A stretch of DNA of 64,000 bases from a bacterium (GCA_021813125.1 JAKALT010000004.1:7941-71940); one strand, 5' to 3'; shown: positions 36,068-45,371, counted from the stretch's first letter. A program made the numbers and translations. The notes: generated by a model not told the origin, from the sequence alone.

Positions 36068-37432
36068 TTAGCCTGTGAAGTAGCCCAGTCCCGGTATTGG
36101 AACAATGGCAATGCCTATGAATTGCATAATCATAACGGAAAAAGCGATAAAAAGGGCACCGGCTATTGCTGCAACAATCATATCCCGACCACCAGCCATT
36201 TTTTGAGGATCACCAGATGAAGTCATAACACGTATTGATCCGATGACCATAAGGATTAAAACGATACCACCCGAAATGCCCAGAGCAATTTTCAAAAGAG
36301 TACTGGCAAAGTCGCCAAGATTGATAGGAATAGTGCCCAATGCTGTTTGACAGATGCCGCCGTTACACGGGTTCTTGCCCGCGCCGCCGCCAGCAGCAAC
36401 ACCGATGGAAAGACTATTTGTGCATTGAACCTGGCTTGGTGACCCTGGTAAGTCTGTAATATTGACAGCGTAAGTACCGACAAGCGCATCTTTAGGGATT
36501 GTTACCATGGCACCCCCTTGGGTATAGTGTATGGCTGGATCAAGTTCTACTACTCTGAACGTAGCAATATTTTTGTAATCGGGCGTACCATTTACATTTA
36601 CAAGCTCTACGGGATAATCGCCAACCGGGAACTGCTGTCCTATTACAGCAAAATCATCTCCCGCTTTTAGACCAGGTGAAGAAGCGTCGCACTTGGCAAG
36701 GGTTAAACTGACTTGAAGGTCAGGCGTACAGGTAACCGGTGGACTGGTTTCGACAACGACCGTATAAGTTCCCGGGGCAATACTTTGGGGCAGGTTAAAA
36801 TCGGATAACCAAAAATCCCAGGGGAAGCTAATGTAACTTACGCTCCCTATGTGATAGTAGCCCGGATTGATATCAACGGCATACGAAGCGTTTTTGTCGT
36901 CAAGAGCTGAGCCGTGCAGGGTCACACCAAATTTACCCCCCGGTGTGTCTTGCGGTGTTTGCACGGTGCAACCTAGGGGTATGTTGGGTTTGTTTCCGGG
37001 TGAGCCGTCGCCGAATATTACTGTGTATGAGATATCGTTACCACATGTGGTTCCATCCTGGTCTTTGACAGTAATTGTTAATGTGTCGGCATTTAGGTCA
37101 AATCCACCAAACTGTAGATCGGAGAGCGGGATTTTTTCGTAGTATGAATTGCTGCTGTCTAGAATACCAATGTCGGAATGACCGGTAGGGTCAGTGATTC
37201 GAAAATTATAGTTGTTGCCCGGCGTATGGATTGTCATCCAAAATTCAAGGGGAGGGCTTGTAGCGTTTGCTGGATATACGTGCTGATTAATCCAGAAATT
37301 GCAAGTTGCTGCATCTGCCGGTTTTGGGTTTTGCGCAATTAAAACTGCATAAAATAGGATTGGAAGCGTCAAGAAGACTACAAGCCTAAAGAAGGCCTTT
37401 ATTTGCATGCTTAATTTCAGTTTAGCACCCAT
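36068..37432 (-). CDS. Secreted protein with a C-terminal pilin-like module
   Basis: 454 aa with a signal anchor and an ectodomain. The C-terminus reads CNGGICQTALGTIPINLGDFASTLL...VMTSSGDPQKMAGGR.... It is the first gene of the array. Confidence 0.5.
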   Translation of the reverse strand: MGAKLKLSMQIKAFFRLVVFLTLPILFYAVLIAQNPKPADAATCNFWINQHVYPANATSPPLEFWMTIHTPGNNYNFRITDPTGHSDIGILDSSNSYYEKIPLSDLQFGGFDLNADTLTITVKDQDGTTCGNDISYTVIFGDGSPGNKPNIPLGCTVQTPQDTPGGKFGVTLHGSALDDKNASYAVDINPGYYHIGSVSYISFPWDFWLSDFNLPQSIAPGTYTVVVETSPPVTCTPDLQVSLTLAKCDASSPGLKAGDDFAVIGQQFPVGDYPVELVNVNGTPDYKNIATFRVVELDPAIHYTQGGAMVTIPKDALVGTYAVNITDLPGSPSQVQCTNSLSIGVAAGGGAGKNPCNGGICQTALGTIPINLGDFASTLLKIALGISGGIVLILMVIGSIRVMTSSGDPQKMAGGRDMIVAAIAGALFIAFSVMIMQFIGIAIVPIPGLGYFTG

Positions 37433-37582
37433 TTTGGGTTGGCGTCTAATTGGTTTGGTCTAACGACGCAAGACTAGGATTTACCGGGTCGGTATATCAG
37501 CAGGTCGCCTTGGCACCTTTCAGTCACATTAAAGGCGCTGTTCTGATATACCCGATGCTGACGCATCAGTTATATCAGCCAA

Positions 37583-39283
37583 TTGCGAGCAATTTCTGAT
37601 GTATCCCATCACTATGTGATGGGATATAATGTGTGGGCTCCAATGAGGAAAGTTTTTGCCCTGATTTTACTGGTTTTGTTGCTTGGTCTGTTTTTTATTC
37701 ATAATGTCAGGGCCGATGAACTTGAAGATTTGCAAAAGCAGATAAACGACCTTCAACACCAACTGGATCTTTCTAAAAACGCAACAACGCCGCTTGAGTC
37801 TCAGGTGAAGGATCTGGACGGTCAACTTTCGGCAATCGGGGCAAGACTTAATGCGATTTCTGCCGATTTGGTGCAAAGCGAGAAGGATATTTTGGAGCAG
37901 AAAAAAGTTTTGGCAGGAACTGTTAGGAATTATTACATCCAGAGTTTTGTGGATATTCCGCTTTTGACGCTTTTTGCGACAAGAGACGCAACGGATACTC
38001 TAAGAATTATTGCTTTTCAACAACTTTCCAGTAAAAGTGACCGGGAGATAATTTCGACTATTTCCGAGCGGGTTGCCAAGCTTGCCGATGATAAAAAACG
38101 TTTGGCTTCGGCTAAAGCCCAAATAGATAAACAGTCACAATTTTTAAAAGGGGAGATTGCTTCGGCAAAATCGTTCCAGAGCCAGCTTGAAGGTCAGATT
38201 TCGGCTCTAAGTGCCAGGCAACAGGAAATTTTGTCGGAAAAGTCTGGCACATTTCAAACGACGGTTGGGGATGTTCCTCTAGCTGACGATGTTGCGAGCA
38301 GGCCGGATTACAATCCCGGTTTTTCACCCGCATTTGCTGCATTTTCTTTTGGAGCTCCACACTTTAAAGGAATGAGCCAGTACGGTGCGTTGGGGAGGTC
38401 AAAACAGGGGCAAAGTTATGAGCAGATTTTGAAGGCATATTATGGAGGAGGGATTGAAATTAAGGACCAGGATCCAAACACCCAGATCAATGTGGAAGGA
38501 TATGGTACGTATTCTCTCGAGGAGTATGCAAAGCGAATATACGAGATGCCTGGAAGCTGGGGAGATGAAGGAGGAATGGAAGCACTAAAGGCACAAGCTA
38601 TTGCGGCAAGAAGCTACGTATTGGCACGCGGCGGGTCGATTTGTGCAACAGAATCATGTCAAGTATTCAAGCCGGAACCAAAAGGAGGTAATTGGGAACA
38701 GGCGGTCAATGCGACGCGGGGCAAAGTTTTGTATGCAAATGGCCAGCCGTTTTCGACTTGGTACGCTTCAACTTCAGGAGGATATCAGGAATCTTATAGC
38801 TCAAACGGTTATTCAACGCCAGGTTTTTGGGATACTCCAAACGGGCGAAGCGGTTGGACGAGTCAGGCTTATGAAAAAATTGCGGGCAGTCCATGGTTTT
38901 ATAAGGGTTGGTACAGGAGTAGATCAGGTGATAGTTGTGGTAGAAGTCATCCGTGGTTGACCAGCGAGGAGATGGCAGATATTTTGAACGGCTGGAAAGT
39001 GCTCTCTGAAGGGGGAGGCGATGGCTCGAGAGTGACACCATTAGGTTCCTGCTGGGGCGGAAATCCGTATAGTATGGGTGAACTCCGCTCGATTGGTGGG
39101 TTCACAAGTGTGTCAGGTGTAAGCGTTTCATACTCTGATGGCGGAGTCACTGCGAGTGTTGTATTTCAAACTAATAAAGGAAGTGTGACTATTAATGGCA
39201 ATGATTTTTATAAAGTATTTAATTTGCGAGCACCAGGGAGAATATCTTTGAAGTCTGGCCTTTACAACATAGAGAAGAAGTAA
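37583..39283 (+). CDS. SpoIID/LytB-domain protein (peptidoglycan remodelling) with an N-terminal coiled-coil
   Basis: GMSQYGALGRSKQGQSYEQILKAYYGG matches the SpoIID/LytB signature. The signal peptide starts at the internal Met (MRKVFALILLVLLLG), so the real start is probably near 37643. Confidence 0.55.
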   Translation: MRAISDVSHHYVMGYNVWAPMRKVFALILLVLLLGLFFIHNVRADELEDLQKQINDLQHQLDLSKNATTPLESQVKDLDGQLSAIGARLNAISADLVQSEKDILEQKKVLAGTVRNYYIQSFVDIPLLTLFATRDATDTLRIIAFQQLSSKSDREIISTISERVAKLADDKKRLASAKAQIDKQSQFLKGEIASAKSFQSQLEGQISALSARQQEILSEKSGTFQTTVGDVPLADDVASRPDYNPGFSPAFAAFSFGAPHFKGMSQYGALGRSKQGQSYEQILKAYYGGGIEIKDQDPNTQINVEGYGTYSLEEYAKRIYEMPGSWGDEGGMEALKAQAIAARSYVLARGGSICATESCQVFKPEPKGGNWEQAVNATRGKVLYANGQPFSTWYASTSGGYQESYSSNGYSTPGFWDTPNGRSGWTSQAYEKIAGSPWFYKGWYRSRSGDSCGRSHPWLTSEEMADILNGWKVLSEGGGDGSRVTPLGSCWGGNPYSMGELRSIGGFTSVSGVSVSYSDGGVTASVVFQTNKGSVTINGNDFYKVFNLRAPGRISLKSGLYNIEKK

Positions 39284-39313
39284 TCCCAAAATTGTTATAT
39301 TGTTAACAATGCA

Positions 39314-40690
39314 ATGATAATGGGCTTGATTATCAAGTACAGATTTCACTTATTGATATTTTTGCTAAGCTTTTTGGTTTTGACCCGTTTTAACATTGAC
39401 GGCGATTTGGGTTGGCATATAGCCTATGGCCGCGAATTTTTAAGGTCGGGTGTTATTATTGCCAACGACCCTTTTTCCTGGACAATAAAAGGCCACTTTT
39501 GGGCTAATTCTTACTTTTTTTACCAAATTTTAGTTGCCTGGCTTTTTGAAAATGCCGGCTATTTGGCAACTGTAATTTTATTTGGGGTTATCTCTGCAGC
39601 GCCGGTGGTTTTGCTCTTGCCAAAAAAGTTAAATAAGTTGGCGCCTTTTGCGGTTTTGGTTGGCGTTTTGATGGCTTCTGCAAGCCTTGGTATAAAACCG
39701 CACACTTTCGATTTTTTGTTTTATGCAATTTTATTGTTTTTGATCGAACGTAAACTTTACAAAAACTTTAAGCTTGTGCCATTTTGGTTTTTATTTTTTG
39801 CCATTTGGGCAAATTTTCATGTCGGGTTTTTAATTGGCCTTTTTGCTTTTTCGGGCTTTGTTGTTTTGGATTTACTCAAGCGAAAAAAGTTTCCCGGTTA
39901 TGAGTCGGCTTTGCTTTTAGCAGTTGCATGGTTGGGAACACTGGCAACGCCATTTAATTTCCAAATTTGGAAAGCAATTTTTTTTGATTCTACGAGTCCA
40001 TTGGGACTACTTTATGTTTATGAGTGGCAACCTATCATTTATTCTCTGAAATTCACTTTACTTTTTGTTTTAAGCGGTTTAATTTTTCTTTACATTTTTC
40101 GAAAAAAATACCAAAAAATTGACCCTGAGTGGTTTCTTTTGGGGACGGTTCTTTTTATGCTGCCTTTTATAAGCACCTTTTATCTGATTTTTTGGGCTGA
40201 GTATTTCATTTTTATCACTTCTCGATATTTTGATATAAAAACCGATTTGTCTAAAATTTTGATTACTTTGATACTGGTTGTTTTGGTTTTGGGGGCGATT
40301 ATTAACTTTGGAAAGCAGCTTACCAAGTCAAAGACCTTAAATGAGCGGTTTATGGCAGACGGTTATCCGGTTGAAGCGATGAATTATATTGTGTCACATG
40401 GCTATACAGACCAACTTTTTAACCATTTTAATTGGGGCGGATTTATCGATTGGCAGTATCCAAATGTTACGGTTTTTATTGACGGCAGAATGAATGGCTG
40501 GAGACAAGACGATGGAAGATACATTTTTGACGAATTCATTCAAATTGTGCGGGGCAAGTGCGATTCATTTTCCAGGTACGATCCTAAAGTTGCGCTTGTG
40601 ACCAAAGGTTCCAGCGAAAAATGTTTCAGCGGGTGGCGGACTGTATATTCAGATAGTATTTCAAAAGTTTTGGTAAAGCAGAATGAATAA
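39314..40690 (+). CDS. Polytopic membrane protein, possibly a GT-C-type glycosyltransferase
   Basis: 458 aa with at least nine TM helices and a C-terminal soluble domain. Confidence 0.35.
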   Translation: MIMGLIIKYRFHLLIFLLSFLVLTRFNIDGDLGWHIAYGREFLRSGVIIANDPFSWTIKGHFWANSYFFYQILVAWLFENAGYLATVILFGVISAAPVVLLLPKKLNKLAPFAVLVGVLMASASLGIKPHTFDFLFYAILLFLIERKLYKNFKLVPFWFLFFAIWANFHVGFLIGLFAFSGFVVLDLLKRKKFPGYESALLLAVAWLGTLATPFNFQIWKAIFFDSTSPLGLLYVYEWQPIIYSLKFTLLFVLSGLIFLYIFRKKYQKIDPEWFLLGTVLFMLPFISTFYLIFWAEYFIFITSRYFDIKTDLSKILITLILVVLVLGAIINFGKQLTKSKTLNERFMADGYPVEAMNYIVSHGYTDQLFNHFNWGGFIDWQYPNVTVFIDGRMNGWRQDDGRYIFDEFIQIVRGKCDSFSRYDPKVALVTKGSSEKCFSGWRTVYSDSISKVLVKQNE

Positions 40691-40722
40691 TTTTGCCTTT
40701 TGGAAGTTTATAATGGATTTAG

Positions 40723-41328
40723 ATGGACGAAAATACCGTTAAGCCTAAGCGAAGCCGCAACCCTTTTGCTATGTTTGCGCTTGCGCCCTTGGGGGTTTCT
40801 TTTGATGAGCAGGATGAGGGTGAAGATATTGTGCTACTTTTGCGGGCTCATATTGTGACTTTGGTGCCTGCGTTTTTGGAGTTTATTGTGTTTAGCATAC
40901 TTCCTTTTGTGGTGATCCCTGTTGGATCATTAATTGGCTTTAATATATCTGGCTTTTTCGGTGCAACGCAGCTTTGGATTTTAATTATTTGCTGGTATGT
41001 ATTTTTAGCGGGTTTTGTGTTTTTCCGGTTTATTTTTTGGTATTTTAACGTTTATCTTTTGACAAATGAAAGAATTATAGACTTTGATTTTCGGGGAATT
41101 TTACACAAGGAAACATCTTATGCAAATTTGACGCAAATTCAGGATGTGTCGCCGAGGATTATCGGTTTTTTTGGAACGTTTTTTCACTACGGCAATGTTT
41201 ATATTCAAACGGCAGGCGAAAAACCCGAATTTGAATTCATGAATGTGGCAAGGCCAGACGATGTGGCACGCACAATATTGGGAGAAGTCAGAGATGAGGA
41301 GACAGAAGCGCCTGGGGAGATACGTTAA
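40723..41328 (+). CDS. Membrane protein with a bacterial PH (bPH_2, YdbS/YdbT-like) domain
   Basis: Two TM helices are followed by TNERIIDFDFRGILHKETSYANLTQIQDV...GNVYIQTAGEKPEFEF, which is typical of bPH_2. Confidence 0.5.
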   Translation: MDENTVKPKRSRNPFAMFALAPLGVSFDEQDEGEDIVLLLRAHIVTLVPAFLEFIVFSILPFVVIPVGSLIGFNISGFFGATQLWILIICWYVFLAGFVFFRFIFWYFNVYLLTNERIIDFDFRGILHKETSYANLTQIQDVSPRIIGFFGTFFHYGNVYIQTAGEKPEFEFMNVARPDDVARTILGEVRDEETEAPGEIR

Positions 41329-41561
41329 TGGTTGTTGACGGAGCTGCAATTTTTCCCGGTTTGGGTTTGGCTATTGCCGTAAAAGCGATTTTAATTTTAC
41401 TTTTGGTCTTTAATCTAGTTTTTTCACTTATTATTTTTCGACAGATACAACTTATGGGCAAGCGCCTCCCGACACCATTGGAACCTTTTTTGAGATTTAT
41501 TGCAACAATTTATATCGGTGTGGCAGCTGCGGTTTTACTTCTGGTTATAGGGGTGTTTTAA
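41328..41561 (+). CDS. Small two-TM membrane protein
   Basis: 77-aa hydrophobic protein whose ATG overlaps the stop of the preceding gene. Confidence 0.35.
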   Translation: MVVDGAAIFPGLGLAIAVKAILILLLVFNLVFSLIIFRQIQLMGKRLPTPLEPFLRFIATIYIGVAAAVLLLVIGVF

Positions 41562-41562
41562 G

Positions 41563-43473
41563 ATGGATAGTCAAATTTCTGTTGGGATTGAAAAAATCCA
41601 TGGCCAGGCCGACTCAAACGCTGCCTGTGGAATTTTTACGAAAAGGATAACTTTCGAGGGTGGAGTAGTTGGAACGATAGTCAGCACTATTTTGGTTTTA
41701 GGATCAGAGGGAGATGATAACCAAACTTATCTTCGGGATATTTTTGAATTATCAGCCGAGAAATTGGAAAACGGTGACGGTAAACCACTTGAGGTTTTAA
41801 AAGAAGCCGGTGAGGCATGCCGCAGTTATATTGAGCAAAGAAATCTTAACGTAAGCTTTGTAAATGCGCTTGTTTATAAAAATGCTTTCTATTTCGGCAG
41901 ATATAAGGAAGACGTGCGCATTTGGGTGTTTGCCGGTAAGAATTCGTCGGAGCTTAAATTTGAATACGGTTCCGGACTTTTAAACCCGACACAGATTTTT
42001 TTAATAGGGACTCAAAAGTTTTTTTTGACTTTTGACACTTCTGTTCTTTCCGGAGGTGCCGCCTTAGATTTGGAAGGAATAATAGACGGACTGGCAACAG
42101 AAATTTCGGCTGAGGAGAGCCAAAGCGAAATAGGGGTGGCGATTGTTTACGTTAAGAACGAGGGGGAGAACTTGGTTCCTGTTGATAAAGGTGAGAAGTT
42201 AGAGGGAAAGGTTGACCAGAAATTGGAAGTTTCTCCAGATGTGGCAGTAGAAGAGGTTGAAAAGAGACAAGATGGGCAAGAGTTACCGCCGCAGTTTCCA
42301 ACAGTGCAGAGTAGTGGAAACCGGCTGGCATTTGTAAGTTTTTTCCTATCATCTTCCATTTCGACAATAGTCAGAATCGCCAAGACGGTTATCTCTGAGG
42401 CCGGCAAGCTAAAAAGGGGTGACGGTATGGCTATTTTGAGGTTAAGGCGCAATATAGTAGTGGTTGCCTTTCTGATACTTTTGATTTTAGGAATTTCAGT
42501 TCTTGTTGCAATTCGTTCGGAAGGCAGCAAGAAAAAGCTTGTCGATTTTAACGATCACATGAAAGCGGCGTCTTCTAAGCTTGCAGAAGGAGAAGCGATA
42601 TTGGATCTTAATCGTGACAGAGCAAGAACGGCGCTTTCGGATGCAGACAGAGAAGTAAAGGCGGCTTTGGTTATAGAGCCAAAAAGTGCTGATGCTCGTG
42701 ATTTGGAAACTAAAATCTCTGAAAAGCTTAAAGCAACCGAAGATAAAACAGGTGTTAACTTTCAAACGTTTGCCGATTTGAGTGAGCCGGTTTTTGGCCT
42801 TTCCGCTTCGGGAAATAATTTGGTAGCCTTTTCAAGCAGCAAGATGTACCAGATTGATAGTGATGGTAAGGTCAAGGACAAAACGGATACGGGAGGCAAT
42901 GTTAATAGCGGTTTTTTTACAAATGACAGCGGTTTTTTCATAAGCGGAGGAAAAGTTTTCAGGCAAGGTTTTTCCGATAGTAAGCCAAAGGAAATTGCAG
43001 ACAGCGGCGGTTATACCGATATATCTGTGTTTTTGGGTAATGTCTATCTTTTGGGTTCCAGCCAAATAGCAAAATACGTTCCAATTGAGGGCGGTTATGC
43101 CAAAAGCGTTGATTATCTTAACAATCCGGAACAGTTTTCCATAAATTCACGTTTGGCAATTGACGGATCTGTTTGGGTTACAAACGGAAAAAACGTTAAT
43201 AAGTATATGAGGGGAGCGAAGGAAGACTTTTCTATTACGGGGCTCCAAGACACTAATGGAGAATTCGGAGAAATATTTACCAGTCCGCAAAGTGACAACT
43301 TGTATGTTGTCGATATTTCCAATTCTGCACTTTTGGTAATTAACAAGGACGGTGTTTACCAGAAGGCTTACCAGTCACCGGAATTTGCTAAAGCAACTTC
43401 TATAGTAGTTGATGAGTCGGCCGGGAAAATGTATATTTCCAGTGGTAGCAAGATTTTGCAGGCCAGCCTCTAG
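41563..43473 (+). CDS. Hypothetical membrane-spanning protein with a C-terminal beta-propeller-like ectodomain
   Basis: 636 aa with a central TM segment. The C-terminal repeats resemble NHL/YVTN-like strands (LYVVDISNSALLVINKDG..., KMYISSGSKILQ). Confidence 0.4.
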   Translation: MDSQISVGIEKIHGQADSNAACGIFTKRITFEGGVVGTIVSTILVLGSEGDDNQTYLRDIFELSAEKLENGDGKPLEVLKEAGEACRSYIEQRNLNVSFVNALVYKNAFYFGRYKEDVRIWVFAGKNSSELKFEYGSGLLNPTQIFLIGTQKFFLTFDTSVLSGGAALDLEGIIDGLATEISAEESQSEIGVAIVYVKNEGENLVPVDKGEKLEGKVDQKLEVSPDVAVEEVEKRQDGQELPPQFPTVQSSGNRLAFVSFFLSSSISTIVRIAKTVISEAGKLKRGDGMAILRLRRNIVVVAFLILLILGISVLVAIRSEGSKKKLVDFNDHMKAASSKLAEGEAILDLNRDRARTALSDADREVKAALVIEPKSADARDLETKISEKLKATEDKTGVNFQTFADLSEPVFGLSASGNNLVAFSSSKMYQIDSDGKVKDKTDTGGNVNSGFFTNDSGFFISGGKVFRQGFSDSKPKEIADSGGYTDISVFLGNVYLLGSSQIAKYVPIEGGYAKSVDYLNNPEQFSINSRLAIDGSVWVTNGKNVNKYMRGAKEDFSITGLQDTNGEFGEIFTSPQSDNLYVVDISNSALLVINKDGVYQKAYQSPEFAKATSIVVDESAGKMYISSGSKILQASL

Positions 43474-43498
43474 AATTTCTGCCTTGATTTGAGAATAT

Positions 43499-43930
43499 AT
43501 GAAAATTTTCAACCGCAAAGCCCGTTTTAAATACCAGTTTTTAGAAAAAGCCGAAGCAGGAATTGTTTTGACGGGAGCTGATATTAAATCGATTAGGGCA
43601 GGTCGGGTTGATCTTTCGGAGGCCTTTGCCAGGATTCGTGACGGGGAGGTTTTTTTGGTGAATGCCAATATATTGCCATGGATGGGATCGCAGAAGTATG
43701 GTGATCCACGAAGGGATAGAAAGTTGCTACTTCACAGGAAGCAGATCCTGAATTGGCAGGGAAAAATGTCCGGCGGCAATTTGGCACTCGTGCCTGTTTC
43801 GATATATTTGAAGGGAAATTTGGCAAAGGTGGAGCTGGCGCTTTCCAAGTCCAAAGCGAAATTTGATAAACGTGCGGCTCTCCGCAAAAAGACAATCAAG
43901 CGCGATATTGAACGGGAAATAAGGGGATAA
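43499..43930 (+). CDS. smpB: SsrA-binding protein SmpB
   Basis: Canonical SmpB sequence (AGIVLTGADIKSIRAGRVDLSEAFARIRDGEVFLVNANI...KLLLHRKQI). Confidence 0.85.
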   Translation: MKIFNRKARFKYQFLEKAEAGIVLTGADIKSIRAGRVDLSEAFARIRDGEVFLVNANILPWMGSQKYGDPRRDRKLLLHRKQILNWQGKMSGGNLALVPVSIYLKGNLAKVELALSKSKAKFDKRAALRKKTIKRDIEREIRG

Positions 43931-43946
43931 AAGTAGGTCTTTACGG

Positions 43947-44222
43947 CTATTTAGGGAAAACAAATTCCACCCTAACGAAATCCGGTTTTGCGGCTATGGC
44001 ACGCAGCAGGTCAACACCCGACAATCCTTGTGCAACGACCCTATACCACGGTCTTTCATCTTCTGGTTTACTTCCTAGATTGGTATATGTCCACCAGCCC
44101 GGGTAATGCTGATTCCTTGCATCATCCAAACCTTCAGAAACTAGGCCCGCGAAGACCTCGCGAATGGTGCCGGCTTGTGAGTCGGTTATTTTTAATCTGT
44201 CCGATTCAATTGCGTTTGCCAT
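43947..44222 (-). CDS. Hypothetical small protein
   Basis: 91-aa hydrophilic ORF. It is preferred over the overlapping plus-strand ORF, whose composition looks spurious. Confidence 0.3.
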   Translation of the reverse strand: MANAIESDRLKITDSQAGTIREVFAGLVSEGLDDARNQHYPGWWTYTNLGSKPEDERPWYRVVAQGLSGVDLLRAIAAKPDFVRVEFVFPK

Positions 44223-44229
44223 ATTTTGT

Positions 44230-44642
44230 GGAGATGCCGGGTATTGGGCCCGGGTCCAGAATTACAATTTGTAAACATCTACAAGCTTAGTTTATCTATT
44301 AAATCTTGCCGCAATTTAAAACCGATAAACAGGATAAATTTTGGCAAAGACCAAATTTTTGCCCACCCGTTTGGTCAAAACGACTGGACTATCCCGGCTG
44401 AGTTATTGCCCAAAAAGTTCCACCGGGAAAAAACTTTAAGGACAAGCCTTATTGCTACTTAAAAATTGTTAAGCAGCTAAAAAGGCTGGAGCTGCGCTAG
44501 GAGCAAATGCGCTCCTAATAAACGCAATTCCTTGTGCAATTTTAGATTTTGCACGTAATTTTGAACCAAAGCCTGACGCGCTTTAGATTCGTATTCGGCT
44601 TGCAGTTTGTCAAAGTGCGATCCTGTCGAAACAATACATCCC
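44230..44642 (-). ncRNA. ssrA: Putative tmRNA (ssrA)
   Basis: The minus-strand 5' end GGGGATGTATTGTTTCGACAGG resembles the tmRNA 5' end GGGGCTGATTCTGGATTCGACGGG. An internal reading frame ends ...GCT CCA GCC TTT TTA GCT GCT TAA, giving a tag ...APAFLAA*. The 3' end CATCTCCA pairs with the 5' GGGGATG. The gene is adjacent to smpB. Confidence 0.5.
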
Positions 44643-44699
44643 CAGGAAGCGAAATTATAGCAAAGAATAGATCTATTTTCAAAATTGATATCATGAATT

Positions 44700-45371
44700 A
44701 TGGATCTTCTTGATTTCATTTTCCCGAAAACTTGTGTTTCGTGTGGAAAGATTGGGAGTTATATTTGCCGAAAGTGTTTTTCCAAGATTGAATTTGTTGG
44801 AAATCCGGTTTGTCCCGAATGTCAACGCCAGGCAATTGGCGGGAAGACACACCCCGGTTGCAAGAGAAAATACGGACTTGATGGTCTAGTTGTGGCCACA
44901 AAATATAAAGGTCCGGTTAGAGCGGCAATCCAAAAAGTTAAATATCGGTTTGTTTGGGATATTCACAAAGTATTAGTTGATTTAGTTGCCGATTCTATCT
45001 GGCGATACAGCTTGCCAAAAAATGTAGTTTTGACCTCCATCCCGCTTTTTGTGCAACGCAAAAGGTGGAGAGGATTTAACCAGGCCGAGCTTTTAGCTCG
45101 AGATCTGGCAAAACGGTTCGGGGAAAAATACCAGAGCGATTTATTGGTCAGGGTTGTGGACACAAAGACGCAAGTTGGACTATCACGCGAGGAAAGAAAA
45201 GTAAATATAAAGGGAGCATTTAAAATATCTCAAAACTCAAACGTCAAATCGCAAAATTTTATTATTGTAGATGATGTATACACAACGGGAGCGACAATGA
45301 AAGAGGCGTGCAAAGTATTAAAGCGTGCGGGTGCCGGTGAGGTATGGGCAATGGCCGTTGCTTTGGACTAA
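44700..45371 (+). CDS. comFC: ComF-family phosphoribosyltransferase (competence protein ComFC-like)
   Basis: The N-terminal zinc finger reads CVSCGK...CRKCF...CPECQ. The PRTase motif is IIVDDVYTTGATM. Confidence 0.7.
   Translation: MDLLDFIFPKTCVSCGKIGSYICRKCFSKIEFVGNPVCPECQRQAIGGKTHPGCKRKYGLDGLVVATKYKGPVRAAIQKVKYRFVWDIHKVLVDLVADSIWRYSLPKNVVLTSIPLFVQRKRWRGFNQAELLARDLAKRFGEKYQSDLLVRVVDTKTQVGLSREERKVNIKGAFKISQNSNVKSQNFIIVDDVYTTGATMKEACKVLKRAGAGEVWAMAVALD

Noticed and set aside
43988-44290. 100-aa plus-strand ORF overlapping the 91-aa minus-strand ORF
   Set aside because: Its composition is implausible (W/H/P-rich, no domain features). The minus-strand partner was kept at low confidence instead.
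44226-44719. Two short ORFs (78 aa plus strand, 80 aa minus strand) in the smpB-comFC spacer
   Set aside because: The region is better explained by a tmRNA gene on the minus strand (GGGGATG... 5' end, ...FLAA tag frame).
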